This document shows positions 18,638 to 28,112 of a DNA stretch of 64,000 nucleotides, in pieces. The DNA is from Acidobacteriota bacterium (lineage in GTDB: Bacteria > Acidobacteriota > Terriglobia > Acidiferrales > UBA7541), in the NCBI GenBank assembly GCA_013289825.1, contig JABCZF010000018.1, positions 26,996 to 90,995 on the forward strand, read 5' to 3'. The notes under the pieces are model-generated. The model had not been told where the DNA came from, searched no databases, and saw only the letters and a list, made by a program, of their open reading frames with translations. A program made the position numbers and the translations under genes. How positions within the stretch are numbered: the first letter of the stretch is position 1; each line of letters opens with the position of its first letter.

Positions 18638-19261
18638 ATGCCCGCTAACGTAACTGAATGGGACGCACGTCACCGCGAGGCTCGGCAGAACTCGCCCGCG
18701 GATCCCGCCAGCATCGTTTGCGAATGGTTGCCGTTGCTTCCCACTGGACCAGCGCTGGATCTCGCCTGCGGGACCGGACGGCACACGCTGTTGCTTGCAG
18801 GGCGCGGGCAATCGGTAACGGCTGTCGATTGGTCGGGAACAGCGCTCGACATTCTCGAAAATCGCGCGCGCACGGCAAAGCTCCACGTTAGCAGGGCAGA
18901 CGCTGCTGCTCTGGCACATTCATGGACCCGCGGCGTCCGGCTGATCCAAGCTAACCTAGAGGACCTACAGCTTCCAGAGGCTTCCTTTTCGCTGGTCCTA
19001 TGTCTCCAGTATCTGCAGCGTTCTCTGTTCTCGCAGATGGCCCGTGCGTTAGAGCCCGGAGGCATGCTGCTGTTTGAAACGTTCACGCAGGCACAGCTCA
19101 ACTGCGCGGGAGGTCCGCGCAACGCCGCATATCTGCTGGAACCCGGAGAGCTGCGCACTTCGTTTCCCGAATTGCACGTGCTGTTTTATCGGGAGCTGTA
19201 CGCCGGGCAGGGGATCGCGAGTTTAGTTGCTGAGCGGCGGCAGCGAGCAGCCAAAACATGA
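18638..19261 (+). CDS. Class I SAM-dependent methyltransferase (TehB-like)
   Basis: ALDLACGTGRH, YLQR, LEPGG, LEPGEL. Confidence 0.9.
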   Translation: MPANVTEWDARHREARQNSPADPASIVCEWLPLLPTGPALDLACGTGRHTLLLAGRGQSVTAVDWSGTALDILENRARTAKLHVSRADAAALAHSWTRGVRLIQANLEDLQLPEASFSLVLCLQYLQRSLFSQMARALEPGGMLLFETFTQAQLNCAGGPRNAAYLLEPGELRTSFPELHVLFYRELYAGQGIASLVAERRQRAAKT

Positions 19262-19348
19262 GCCGCAGGCCTGGCCGATAAACCAGACACAACGAAGCGC
19301 TCGGATGTTTGCAATCTCCCTTGGGCATCCGTATTCTAAAGTGCGGGC

Positions 19349-20986
19349 ATGAAGATAGCGCTGGCGCAGTTCAATCCCACGGTAGGCGATTTCGCAGGGA
19401 ATTCGGCTCGCATCTTAAGCTTGGCGGAGACAGCCAGGCAGCGAGGGGCCGACCTTGCCGTTTTTTCTGAACTTTGTCTTTGCGGCTACCTGCCCCAAGA
19501 CCTTCTCGAACGGCCTTCCTTTATCGACCGCAACCATCATGAATTAAAGGAACTAGCTTCCAAGCTTCCGCTGCCCGCCATCGTCGGATACGCGGGGCGC
19601 GTGCAAAACGGTACGGGAAAGTCCATCGCCAATAAAGCGGCGCTGATTTGCAGCGGCCGAGTGGTCTTTGAGCAGAGCAAGATGCTGCTGCCTACGTATG
19701 ATGTGTTTGACGAATCCCGCTACTTTCAACCAGCCGACCGACAGTCTGCGTACGGATTTGGCAAAGAACAGCTGGGCATTACGATTTGCGAAGACGTATG
19801 GAACGACAAAAACTTTTGGGCCAAGTGCCGGTACGACCGCGATCCCGTCACCGAGCTGATTGGGCAGGGAATTACCGTCCTTCTGAATATTTCCGCTTCG
19901 CCCTACACCATCGACAAGCGCGCTCTGCGGCTTGAAATGCTCCAGTCGATTGCCATGAATCAGCACCGGCCGGTGGTGTACGTCAACCAGGTTGGCGGCG
20001 ACGATAGCTTGATTTTCGATGGTGCCAGCATGGCCCTGACGGCGAAAGGCAAGGTCGCGGCGCAAGCGCTGGCTTTTGAAGAAGATCTGATCCTGTTCGA
20101 TACGGTTACCGGAGAGGGCGAGATTCACGAGCAGCCGCACGAAGAGATCGCCTATGCCTACCGGGCGCTGATTACCGGGACGCGGGATTACGTTCGCAAG
20201 TGTGGGTTTAAGAAAGTGCTGGTTGGCCTTAGCGGGGGAATCGATTCCGCCGTGGTGGCTGCGATCGCCGTCGACGCTCTTGGCGCTGAGAACGTTCTCG
20301 GTGTCTCCATGCCGGGACCGTACTCGTCTGCGGGCAGCAAAGCGGACGCTAAAGCGCTGGCGCAAAACCTTGGCATCGAGTTCATAACTCTGCCGATCGG
20401 CGATGTGTTTGATTCCTACCGAAAGGCGCTGGCGCCGGCATTCGCTTCACGGTCGATTGACGTGACGGAAGAAAACATCCAGGCGCGTATCCGCGGCAAC
20501 TATCTGATGGCGATTTCCAACAAGTTTGGGTCCATGGTTCTCAGCACGGGCAACAAATCCGAGCTGGCTGTCGGTTACTGCACGCTTTACGGCGACATGG
20601 CCGGAGGGCTCGCGGTGATTTCCGACGTGCCCAAACTGATGGTTTACGGGCTCGCGCAATGGATCAATCGCGATAGGGAATTCATCCCTGCTTCGAGCAT
20701 CGAGAAGGTCCCTTCCGCGGAATTACGCCCAAATCAGAAGGACGAGGACAGTCTGCCGCCTTATGATGTCCTGGACCGTATTCTCAAGGCTTATATTGAG
20801 GACCTGCGCAGCCCGCTGGAGATTGCTGACCATTACGGGTTCGATTTGCGACTGGTACGAGACATCGCCCTGCTGGTCGACCGGACCGAGTACAAGCGCA
20901 AGCAGGCCGCTCCAGGGCTTAAAATCACCTCCCGGGCTTTTGGATTTGGCAGGCCATTTCCCATTGCCCAGCGGTTTATTCCTTAA
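19349..20986 (+). CDS. nadE: Glutamine-dependent NAD+ synthetase
   Basis: Nitrilase domain (ICEDVW) plus LSGGIDS, ENIQARIR, TGNKSE, PSAELRP. Confidence 0.98.
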   Translation: MKIALAQFNPTVGDFAGNSARILSLAETARQRGADLAVFSELCLCGYLPQDLLERPSFIDRNHHELKELASKLPLPAIVGYAGRVQNGTGKSIANKAALICSGRVVFEQSKMLLPTYDVFDESRYFQPADRQSAYGFGKEQLGITICEDVWNDKNFWAKCRYDRDPVTELIGQGITVLLNISASPYTIDKRALRLEMLQSIAMNQHRPVVYVNQVGGDDSLIFDGASMALTAKGKVAAQALAFEEDLILFDTVTGEGEIHEQPHEEIAYAYRALITGTRDYVRKCGFKKVLVGLSGGIDSAVVAAIAVDALGAENVLGVSMPGPYSSAGSKADAKALAQNLGIEFITLPIGDVFDSYRKALAPAFASRSIDVTEENIQARIRGNYLMAISNKFGSMVLSTGNKSELAVGYCTLYGDMAGGLAVISDVPKLMVYGLAQWINRDREFIPASSIEKVPSAELRPNQKDEDSLPPYDVLDRILKAYIEDLRSPLEIADHYGFDLRLVRDIALLVDRTEYKRKQAAPGLKITSRAFGFGRPFPIAQRFIP

Positions 20987-20989
20987 AGA

Positions 20990-21910
20990 ATGAGGTCTAG
21001 CGTGAAGAAATTACTGACCATTACAGCGATCCTTGGCATCAGTCTCGCCGCTCCGATTGCCCGCGGGCAGCAGCCGCAGGCCACCGCCGCAACTCCTGCT
21101 TCTGCCGGGCAGTTGCCGATCCAAAAGACCGTCGAGGCTTACCTGCGAAACCTTTATGCCTTCGGGGCCGAAACCGCCGTCAAAGTGGCGGCTCCGAAGA
21201 ACATCGGCGTGGAAGGGCTCGAAGAAGTTGATATCGAAGTTAAGGTGGGTGAGAATCAGCAAACCGGCAAGGTCTACATCACCAGGGACGGGAAATACAT
21301 GTTCCGGGGAGAGTTGTCGGACCTTGCAAAAGACCCCGTGGCGGAGACTCGCTCCCAGCTTCAGACCAAGGACAGCCCCTCGCTCGGTCCCGCTAATGCT
21401 CCCGTCACTCTGGTGGAGTTCTCGGACTTCGAGTGCCCGGTCTGCCGGAATCTGCATGACGCGCTCCGCGGACTCCTCCCGAACTACCCGCAGGTGCGAG
21501 TGGTCTTCAAGGACTACCCGCTCGAGCAGATTCATCCCTGGGCCCGGACGGCAGCCCTTGCCGGCCGCTGTGCTTACCAGCAGGATCCCACGGCCTTTTG
21601 GAAAATGTATGACTTTATTTACGACGGCCAGGAGACCATCTCCGCGGAAAACGCCTGGGGGAAAATGACGGACTTTGCTGGACGGAGCGGGCTGAATGCG
21701 GACGCCTTCCGCGCTTGTATGGCTAGCCCGGAAGCGGCGGCCGCCGTGAATGCCAGCCGCGACAATGGCGTTCAGCTCGAAGTCAACAGCACTCCGACAA
21801 TCTTTGTGAACGGCCGGCGAATTGTCGGCGCGGATCCGCACGCGCTCGAACAGTACATTAAGTACGAATTGGACCAGCGCAAAGCGCAAAAACCCGCCAG
21901 CAAGAACTAA
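20990..21910 (+). CDS. DsbA-family thiol-disulfide oxidoreductase
   Basis: Signal peptide, EFSDFECPVC, STPTIFVNG. Confidence 0.92.
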   Translation: MRSSVKKLLTITAILGISLAAPIARGQQPQATAATPASAGQLPIQKTVEAYLRNLYAFGAETAVKVAAPKNIGVEGLEEVDIEVKVGENQQTGKVYITRDGKYMFRGELSDLAKDPVAETRSQLQTKDSPSLGPANAPVTLVEFSDFECPVCRNLHDALRGLLPNYPQVRVVFKDYPLEQIHPWARTAALAGRCAYQQDPTAFWKMYDFIYDGQETISAENAWGKMTDFAGRSGLNADAFRACMASPEAAAAVNASRDNGVQLEVNSTPTIFVNGRRIVGADPHALEQYIKYELDQRKAQKPASKN

Positions 21911-21996
21911 CCACAAGAGGTGATGGGAGGGGAGAGGCAAGCCTGGGAAGTGGATCGCTTGGGCGGGCCGGGTGGCGGAGTTCGCACCGATTTCGT

Positions 21997-22024
21997 AGTT
22001 AACATAATATTACTTATCGGACGC
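21997..22024 (-). other. dif-like XerC/XerD recombination site
   Basis: Minus strand GCGTCCGATAA-GTAATA-TTATGTTAACT: 11-6-11 layout; XerD arm matches E. coli TTATGTTAAAT at 10/11; intergenic. Confidence 0.85.
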
Positions 22025-22388
22025 AATGTAAGGGGGGATCTTTGACTCCTTTGGGGTTTTCCACGCATTTGTGGTGCTGGCCCTTCCTGGGTTACGGCCC
22101 CCTTTGAGGAGGAGGCCGGCTAACGCACCCCACGCGGCCTGTAGTTCTCGCTCTCTTGACACTACGACATCTAGCGACACCGTTCGGAAGGTCGCCTCTG
22201 GCGTGCCTTGTCGCTTGAAAGGCCATGGGTTTGGGCGAATGCTGTGACCGTCTTGCGGGATGGCTGTATTCCGCGAGGTGGTGCTCTCCGGGTTGCCAAC
22301 GGGACTAAAACTAAGGGCGCAGAAAGCGCGACCTGCTGGTGCTATGAGTCTGCATGCCAGGCGCGGGAGATCGTGGAGCGAAAGGACG

Positions 22389-23540
22389 ATGATGAAATAC
22401 ACAGAGAGTTCGGTTTCTCGAGTTTCGAGCCGGTTGAAGAGTGTTTCTCGGCAATGGGTGGCGCGCTCGGTGCTCCTCAGCCTGCTCAGTTGGTTGGGAG
22501 GGCCCACGCCAGCGGCCGCCCAGTCGCCATGGAAAGACAGACGAGATCTGCGTGTGATGACCTACAACGTGAATGAAGGCACGGACTTCTTACAGATCCA
22601 AGCGGCCACGGACCTGAATTCGTTCCTTGTCGCTGTAGGGCAGACGATCACGCAGGTGCGTGAAACCAACCCTCCCGCGCGAATGCGAGCGGTAGCCAAG
22701 CAGATTATCGACGCTGACCCTACGCTAGTAAGTCTGGAAGAACTGGACGAGTGGTACACCTCGTCGTTCAATCCGAGTACCGGAACGTGCGGTTCGCCGA
22801 CACTGGAATTTGCCATGCTTCAGGAGCTTCAGGACGCCCTGGAAGCGCAAGGGGCGCACTATACGATAGCCGAGGAAGCCCAGCAGTACGCGTTTCCCCT
22901 GATACCAGGCTTCATCCCTCCGAGCACGTATCTATGCGTGTCGCTCGTAAATCACGTGGCCATTCTGGCCCGCACCGATCTCGATCCGGAGAGATTTCAG
23001 TGGAGCAATCCGCAATCGGCCCAATACGCCACCATCCTACAGTTCCCTTCACCGATTGGGCTGCTGCCGCTGCCGCGGGCCTGGGTGTCTGTGGACGCCA
23101 CCTTTGACCACAAAACGTTCCGATACATCGGTACGCATCTGGAGTCCGTAGTTCCCGTCATCCGCGAAGCGCAAGGAGCCGAGCTGCGTGCCGGTCCGGC
23201 AAATACCTCGCTGCCCGTGATTCTTGCGATGGACTCCAACGCACCAGCGGCGCCGCTACCCGAGGACCTAACCTACATGGATTTCATTGCAGCGGGTTAT
23301 AACGATGGATGGGCGGAGATCTTTCCCTTTGCTTCGGGGTTCACCTGTTGCCAGGACGAGCTAGATAACAACCCCGTATCGCAACTCTATCAACGCATCG
23401 ACTTGATTCTGACCTTGGGAAATGTCAGGGTGCGAAAGATTGCGCTGTTCGGGGCCGATCCTAGGGAGAGGATAACCGGCGGACTGTGGCCATCGGACCA
23501 CGCCGGAGTTGCCGCGCACGTGGTGGTCGAACAGGAGTAG
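22389..23540 (+). CDS. Exported endonuclease/exonuclease/phosphatase (EEP) family protein
   Basis: VMTYNV, LEE, THLE, MDSN, RID, SDHAGV; signal-like N-terminus. Confidence 0.88.
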   Translation: MMKYTESSVSRVSSRLKSVSRQWVARSVLLSLLSWLGGPTPAAAQSPWKDRRDLRVMTYNVNEGTDFLQIQAATDLNSFLVAVGQTITQVRETNPPARMRAVAKQIIDADPTLVSLEELDEWYTSSFNPSTGTCGSPTLEFAMLQELQDALEAQGAHYTIAEEAQQYAFPLIPGFIPPSTYLCVSLVNHVAILARTDLDPERFQWSNPQSAQYATILQFPSPIGLLPLPRAWVSVDATFDHKTFRYIGTHLESVVPVIREAQGAELRAGPANTSLPVILAMDSNAPAAPLPEDLTYMDFIAAGYNDGWAEIFPFASGFTCCQDELDNNPVSQLYQRIDLILTLGNVRVRKIALFGADPRERITGGLWPSDHAGVAAHVVVEQE

Positions 23541-23614
23541 CTCGGCCGAGTGGACGGCAAGAGCTTGTATTGCGCCAGGATTCCCCTTGCACGCGGGGAG
23601 TCCTGGCCGAGAGG

Positions 23615-25501
23615 CTAGTGCATGCCGATCTTTGCGAGGAGTTGCGTAAAGCGAGGATCGGAACGAAGGGGGTCGGCCATCGGTTCGGCATTGAGATAAA
23701 CGAGGCGATCGTTGCGCTCCTGGTAGGCACGATCGAGCCAGTCGAGAGCCGTGCGGTTTTCACCGAGGCCGGTGTAGACAGCTGCGAAGTAGAGCGAGGA
23801 AACGTAGCGCTTCTGCGCGAGACGCTGGAGATCGGCGAGCGCTGTACGCGCGCCTGCGGCGTCACCCGAGAGAGCAAGCGCATGTCCGTACAAGGAGATC
23901 ATGACGGGATGGTCGCCGGAGAGTTTGCGCCCTTGGGAAAACTGCTCCAGAGCGTCTTTATACATTTTCTTTTCGCGAAGAGCAGAGCCTAGCCAAATGT
24001 AGGCGAGCCAGTAATTGGGATATTGCTCGGTCGTGCGACGCGCCTGGACAATCGCCGCATCGTAGTCACGCGAATAATAATAGATCTCTGCACGAACGCT
24101 ATTGAACAAAGGGGAGACGGGATCAAGGTCGAGCGTGCGTGAGTTTTCCTCCAATGCCTGCTGCAGGCGGTTGCGCACAATGCAGTAGTGGCCGTGCCAG
24201 AGATGTGGCGTAGGGTTGTTCGGACTGAGGGTCATGGCGCGCTGAAACTCCCGCTCTGCGACTTCGAAACTCCAGTCGTAACTGAAGGCGACGTTGGCGA
24301 GGACGGCGTGAGCCTCGCCGAGCAGGGGGTCCAGTTGGAGGGCGTGCTCGGCAGCCACACGGGCCTTAGGTTTGGCCTCGAGCGGCGACATGTCGTCGTA
24401 AGGCACTTGCCCGAGCAAAGCGTAGGAGCTGGCAAGACCCGCGTAGGCGAGAGCGTATTGCGGATCTCTCTGGATCGCCTCCTGGTAGGCCTCGATGCTT
24501 TTGTGAATGTCGCCGCGATTGGTCCAATAGAATCGGCCACGGAGGTAGGCATCGTATGCTTCTGGGTTGACGAAGCGTTTGGCGACCCTCGAGCCGCTCA
24601 TTTCGGGAGTGGTAGCTAGCGTCATGCGAATCTGACTCGCGACGGCAGCGCCGACTTCGTCTTGAACGAGCAGGATGTCAGTAAGGTCGCGGCTATAAGA
24701 GTCAGCCCAAAGTTCGGTTTGGTCGCTGACCTGGATGAGCTGGACATCGATACGCACCTGATTGCCTTCGCGGCGCACGCTACCCTCGAGGGCATACTGG
24801 ACATCGAGAGCCCGGCCAATCTCCTTGAAGGGTTTCCCGGACTGCGCGCTGGAAGATCCAGCTGCAATCACGCCGAGACGCCGCGGATCGAGGCTGCCAA
24901 GCCGCGTGATCATCTCATCGGTTAGGCCTGCGCTGAAATAGTCCTGCTTGGGATCACCGCTGAGATTTTTGAAAGGCAGGACGACGAGGCGTACTTTTTC
25001 CAGCAGCGGAGTCTTGGTTGGGATCCACCGGTAAACTGCATAGGCGATGAGGCACACAATCGCGGCAGAGGCCAGCCCAAGAGCAGCCTGCTTTCTGACA
25101 CGGGGTGGCGGTTTGTCCGGTTCCACGGAGGGAAGTTGTTCGACCACCGCATCGGGAACTAGGCCGACGACCGCAGGGACTGCGCCACCATTGGGTTTTT
25201 CGGAAAGGGCGTCAACGTCGGGTTCGAGGACGAACGCGGCGTCAGCTTCGGGATCGTCCACCGGTTGCCGCCTTTTGAACCACTCATCCAGCTCACTGGC
25301 GTAGGCGTAGACAGTCGATTTTTTCTGGTGCTCATGGCGCCGGACGGGAAGCGCTTCGGTCTTCTCCCATCGCTGGACGGTGCGAGTTTCGCGGCCGAGA
25401 TGGCCGGCAATCTCTTTCCAGGAAACCAGTTTCTTGCCGGGAGGGGGTGGCCCTTCGGGACCAGGGTTGGCTCCGCTTGCCGGAATGTTGGAGGAAGACA
25501 T
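23615..25501 (-). CDS. Transmembrane regulator: N-terminal HTH, TolB-N-like domain and TPRs
   Basis: SWKEIA..L.R..RTVQRWE HTH; TM helix; VLPFKNLSGD..YFS.GLTDE; TPR repeats. Confidence 0.9.
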   Translation of the reverse strand: MSSSNIPASGANPGPEGPPPPGKKLVSWKEIAGHLGRETRTVQRWEKTEALPVRRHEHQKKSTVYAYASELDEWFKRRQPVDDPEADAAFVLEPDVDALSEKPNGGAVPAVVGLVPDAVVEQLPSVEPDKPPPRVRKQAALGLASAAIVCLIAYAVYRWIPTKTPLLEKVRLVVLPFKNLSGDPKQDYFSAGLTDEMITRLGSLDPRRLGVIAAGSSSAQSGKPFKEIGRALDVQYALEGSVRREGNQVRIDVQLIQVSDQTELWADSYSRDLTDILLVQDEVGAAVASQIRMTLATTPEMSGSRVAKRFVNPEAYDAYLRGRFYWTNRGDIHKSIEAYQEAIQRDPQYALAYAGLASSYALLGQVPYDDMSPLEAKPKARVAAEHALQLDPLLGEAHAVLANVAFSYDWSFEVAEREFQRAMTLSPNNPTPHLWHGHYCIVRNRLQQALEENSRTLDLDPVSPLFNSVRAEIYYYSRDYDAAIVQARRTTEQYPNYWLAYIWLGSALREKKMYKDALEQFSQGRKLSGDHPVMISLYGHALALSGDAAGARTALADLQRLAQKRYVSSLYFAAVYTGLGENRTALDWLDRAYQERNDRLVYLNAEPMADPLRSDPRFTQLLAKIGMH

Positions 25502-25796
25502 GGAAGCGATTCGGTGCGCGGATTATACCCTAGAAAACTGTCAGGTTTGAAAGTGTGCGGCTTCTGATGCGGTGATTTTGTCGTTTGTGAAGAGATGCGC
25601 GACACATCTGGCAAAGAACTCCGGTTCCTAGCGCATTCGCCCAGCTGGTTCCAGCACGACTCCTGTTCGATCACCGGGCCCACTAGGGTCAGGTCGAGCG
25701 ATTGGACTCCGGCGGCTTTGCGGCTAGTGCGCCGAGTTGTGGAGGCGAGTCATTTGTCGATCTGCCTGATCTGCCTCGGTCAATGTTGAACAGTGG

Positions 25797-26050
25797 TCAG
25801 TCGTTGCGCCGGTGACCTTGGAATTCGACAAGTGGCACGAGGGGCGGTTCATGCGGTTCAATTCCCTGCTTGCGCGCGATGGCGTGCAGGGCGGTATATA
25901 GGCGCGGCAGATGGTTTGTGCCATGTGGCGCACAAACGCGCGCACGATTTCGTCATTGCGCATGCGGCGGTGCAACCAGCGCAGGAAGAGAACGAACTGC
26001 ACGCTGGCGAGAACGAGCGCGGTTAGAATGGCGGACCAGTGGATGCGCAT
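25797..26050 (-). pseudogene. Small membrane protein gene with a probable 1-nt frameshift near 25921
   Basis: MRIHWSAILTALVLASVQFVLFLRW..RHMA continues in a shifted frame as TNHLPRLYTALHAIARKQGIEP..RND*. Confidence 0.5.
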
Positions 26051-26132
26051 GAGGGCTCTTGGGAAGGGAATGCTATTTGATTACAGCTGGGCAGGGGCAC
26101 TTACGTCGCCCTTAAAACTTAATCACTTTTTC

Positions 26133-26161
26133 TTGACTCCCTTTGTCTTCAAGAGCATAGT
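26133..26161 (+). promoter_or_regulatory. Sigma70-type promoter for the GYD gene
   Basis: TTGACT-N17-CATAGT. Confidence 0.55.
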
Positions 26162-26209
26162 CGCCCCATTCCCTTGGATTTTTCTCCCCGAATGTAAAGG
26201 AGGTCCACC

Positions 26210-26560
26210 ATGCCACACTATTGCCACCAGGTCAGCTACACGAAGGAGGCCTGGGCCCGTCTGATGGCCGATCCACAGGACCGGCTCGAGATCGTCCGCA
26301 CGCCCATCGAGAAACTCGGCGGAAAGCTGCACTCGGCGTACTTCGCGTTCGGCGCATTCGACGTCATCGCCATCACGGAGATGCCCGATAACATGTCGGC
26401 TGCGGCGATCGCTATCGCGTTTGCCGCCGGCGGTGCGGTCGCTCACGTGCAAACGACACCGTTGATGACGGCAGCGCAGGCCGTCGAGGCTATGCGCAAA
26501 GCTGCTACTTGCGGCTACAAGTCCGTCGTTGCGGGGCATGGAGCTGCTGCTGGCGCCTGA
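26210..26560 (+). CDS. GYD-domain protein
   Basis: EKLGGKLHSAYFAFGAFDV, TTPLMT; AAGGAGGT RBS. Confidence 0.9.
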   Translation: MPHYCHQVSYTKEAWARLMADPQDRLEIVRTPIEKLGGKLHSAYFAFGAFDVIAITEMPDNMSAAAIAIAFAAGGAVAHVQTTPLMTAAQAVEAMRKAATCGYKSVVAGHGAAAGA

Positions 26561-26690
26561 TTTGACGGAGACGTCAGGAGATATACCTCACCTAGTCGAG
26601 GCGTCCGCGATTCGCGGACTCGGGAGCGAGGCGGGATTGTGTGTCTCCGCCCTTCACTGTGCCGGGGCCTCCCGGCCGGAGGAACCTCCC

Positions 26691-27393
26691 ATGAGCCATT
26701 CACGCTGGATACTTCTCTAGCATCGCCGTTGCGTCACGCCTGCTTGCCCACAAGGCGAATCCCTCGTCCGCCGAGCAAACGGCGCAACCATCCGCCGCCC
26801 CGCAATACCGACCGACTGCCGCCGAGCTCAGCCGGGACGAAACGCCCGGCAAGGCGGTCATACGCGAATTTGCAGACCAGGAGTACGAGCTACGCTCCGC
26901 CGCCGAAGCCACGCCTGCCGACAAGTGGGGCTATCGTCCCGCGCCAGGCCTTTTCAAGAACGAGAAGCCTGCCTTTGGCCCTGCGGAAGTGCGCACCTTC
27001 GCTGAACAGGTAAAGCATGTAGCTTGCAGCAATTTCGCGTTCGCGGCCGAACTCGATGGCACAACGCCGCCGGAAGCTCGCGATAAGGGCGGTCCGAATC
27101 CGGCGAAAAGATGTGCCGAACTGCTCGCCTATCTGCGTGACTCCTTTGCCGCGCTAAAGAAATCGCTCTCTGCCTTCACCGCGAAGAACATGTACGACCC
27201 GATTGAAGGACCCTACGCCGGACCCAGCACGCGACTGGGCCTCGCGGAGATCTGCATCTGGCACGCCGCCAATCATTGCGGCCAGATAATCATTTACCTG
27301 CGCCTCAACGGCATTGTTCCGCCGACCAGCCGCCCCAATCCTCCGCCGATTAGCTCCGTGGCGCGCAGATTTCCACAGTCGCTTGTAACGTAA
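26691..27393 (+). pseudogene. Exported DinB-family protein, frameshifted in the signal peptide
   Basis: GGAGG then ATG 26691 MSHSRWILL* (TAG 26718); shifted frame continues SIAVASRLLA..RTFAEQVKHVA..WHAANHCGQ..YLRLNGIVPP. Confidence 0.8.
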
Positions 27394-27398
27394 TCTTA

Positions 27399-27412
27399 TA
27401 GACTTACATCTA
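27399..27412. promoter_or_regulatory. Candidate XRE operator TAGAC-N4-ATCTA
   Basis: Imperfect palindrome; identical arms occur upstream of the paralogue (63834-63847). Confidence 0.6.
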
Positions 27413-27486
27413 TTCGATAGTTTAATGTCACGTCACTCCGACTAGAACTTCCAGGCCAAGCGGAGCAACCCTATCGAGGAGCTACG

Positions 27487-27894
27487 ATGATCATCGGCGA
27501 ACGGCTTCGCGTACTGCGCGAAGAGAAAAAACTCTCCCAAGGTGATATCGAGAAACGAACCGGCCTGCTGCGCTGCTACCTCTCGCGCGTCGAGAACGGC
27601 CATACCGTCCCTGCTATCGAAACGCTGGAAAAACTGGCGCGGGCCCTGGAAATGCCTCTTTATCAGCTTCTTTACGATGGAGACCAGCCGCCCAGGCAGG
27701 ATGTTCCAGCCGCTTGGACCGAATCTGGATCCAATGCGTGGGGCAGCTCTGGCAAAGATTTGCGGTTCATGCGCAAGCTGCGACACTTGCTGGGCAAGAT
27801 GGATCCGCAGGATCGCTCGCTGCTACTTTTCACCGTCCAGCAGATGGCGAAGAAAAGGAAAGCGCCAGCAGCGGCGGCGGCCGCAGCAAGCTGA
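27487..27894 (+). CDS. XRE-family HTH transcriptional regulator
   Basis: LRVLREEKKLSQGDIEKRTGLLRCYLSRVENG. Confidence 0.95.
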   Translation: MIIGERLRVLREEKKLSQGDIEKRTGLLRCYLSRVENGHTVPAIETLEKLARALEMPLYQLLYDGDQPPRQDVPAAWTESGSNAWGSSGKDLRFMRKLRHLLGKMDPQDRSLLLFTVQQMAKKRKAPAAAAAAAS

Positions 27895-28112
27895 AGTTGA
27901 GCTGCGGTTGACGCAGAGGTTTTGTGTCGATTTCTGCGTTTTTGTTTTTCTTTGATATCTGGATTCTCTGTCCTTGTTTCTGGCCGGGATCTGTGCGCTT
28001 AAGCGCGATCCCTGCGTAACGGAACGCCGCCTTGTCGCGCCGTTGAAGCCATTGCACGGGGCTCTCACCCATCCGCACATTTCGCGAGCGCTGCGTCTGC
28101 TAAACTCTACGC

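Noticed and set aside
21011-21940. 309-aa - strand ORF
   Set aside because: Antisense to the DsbA-family gene
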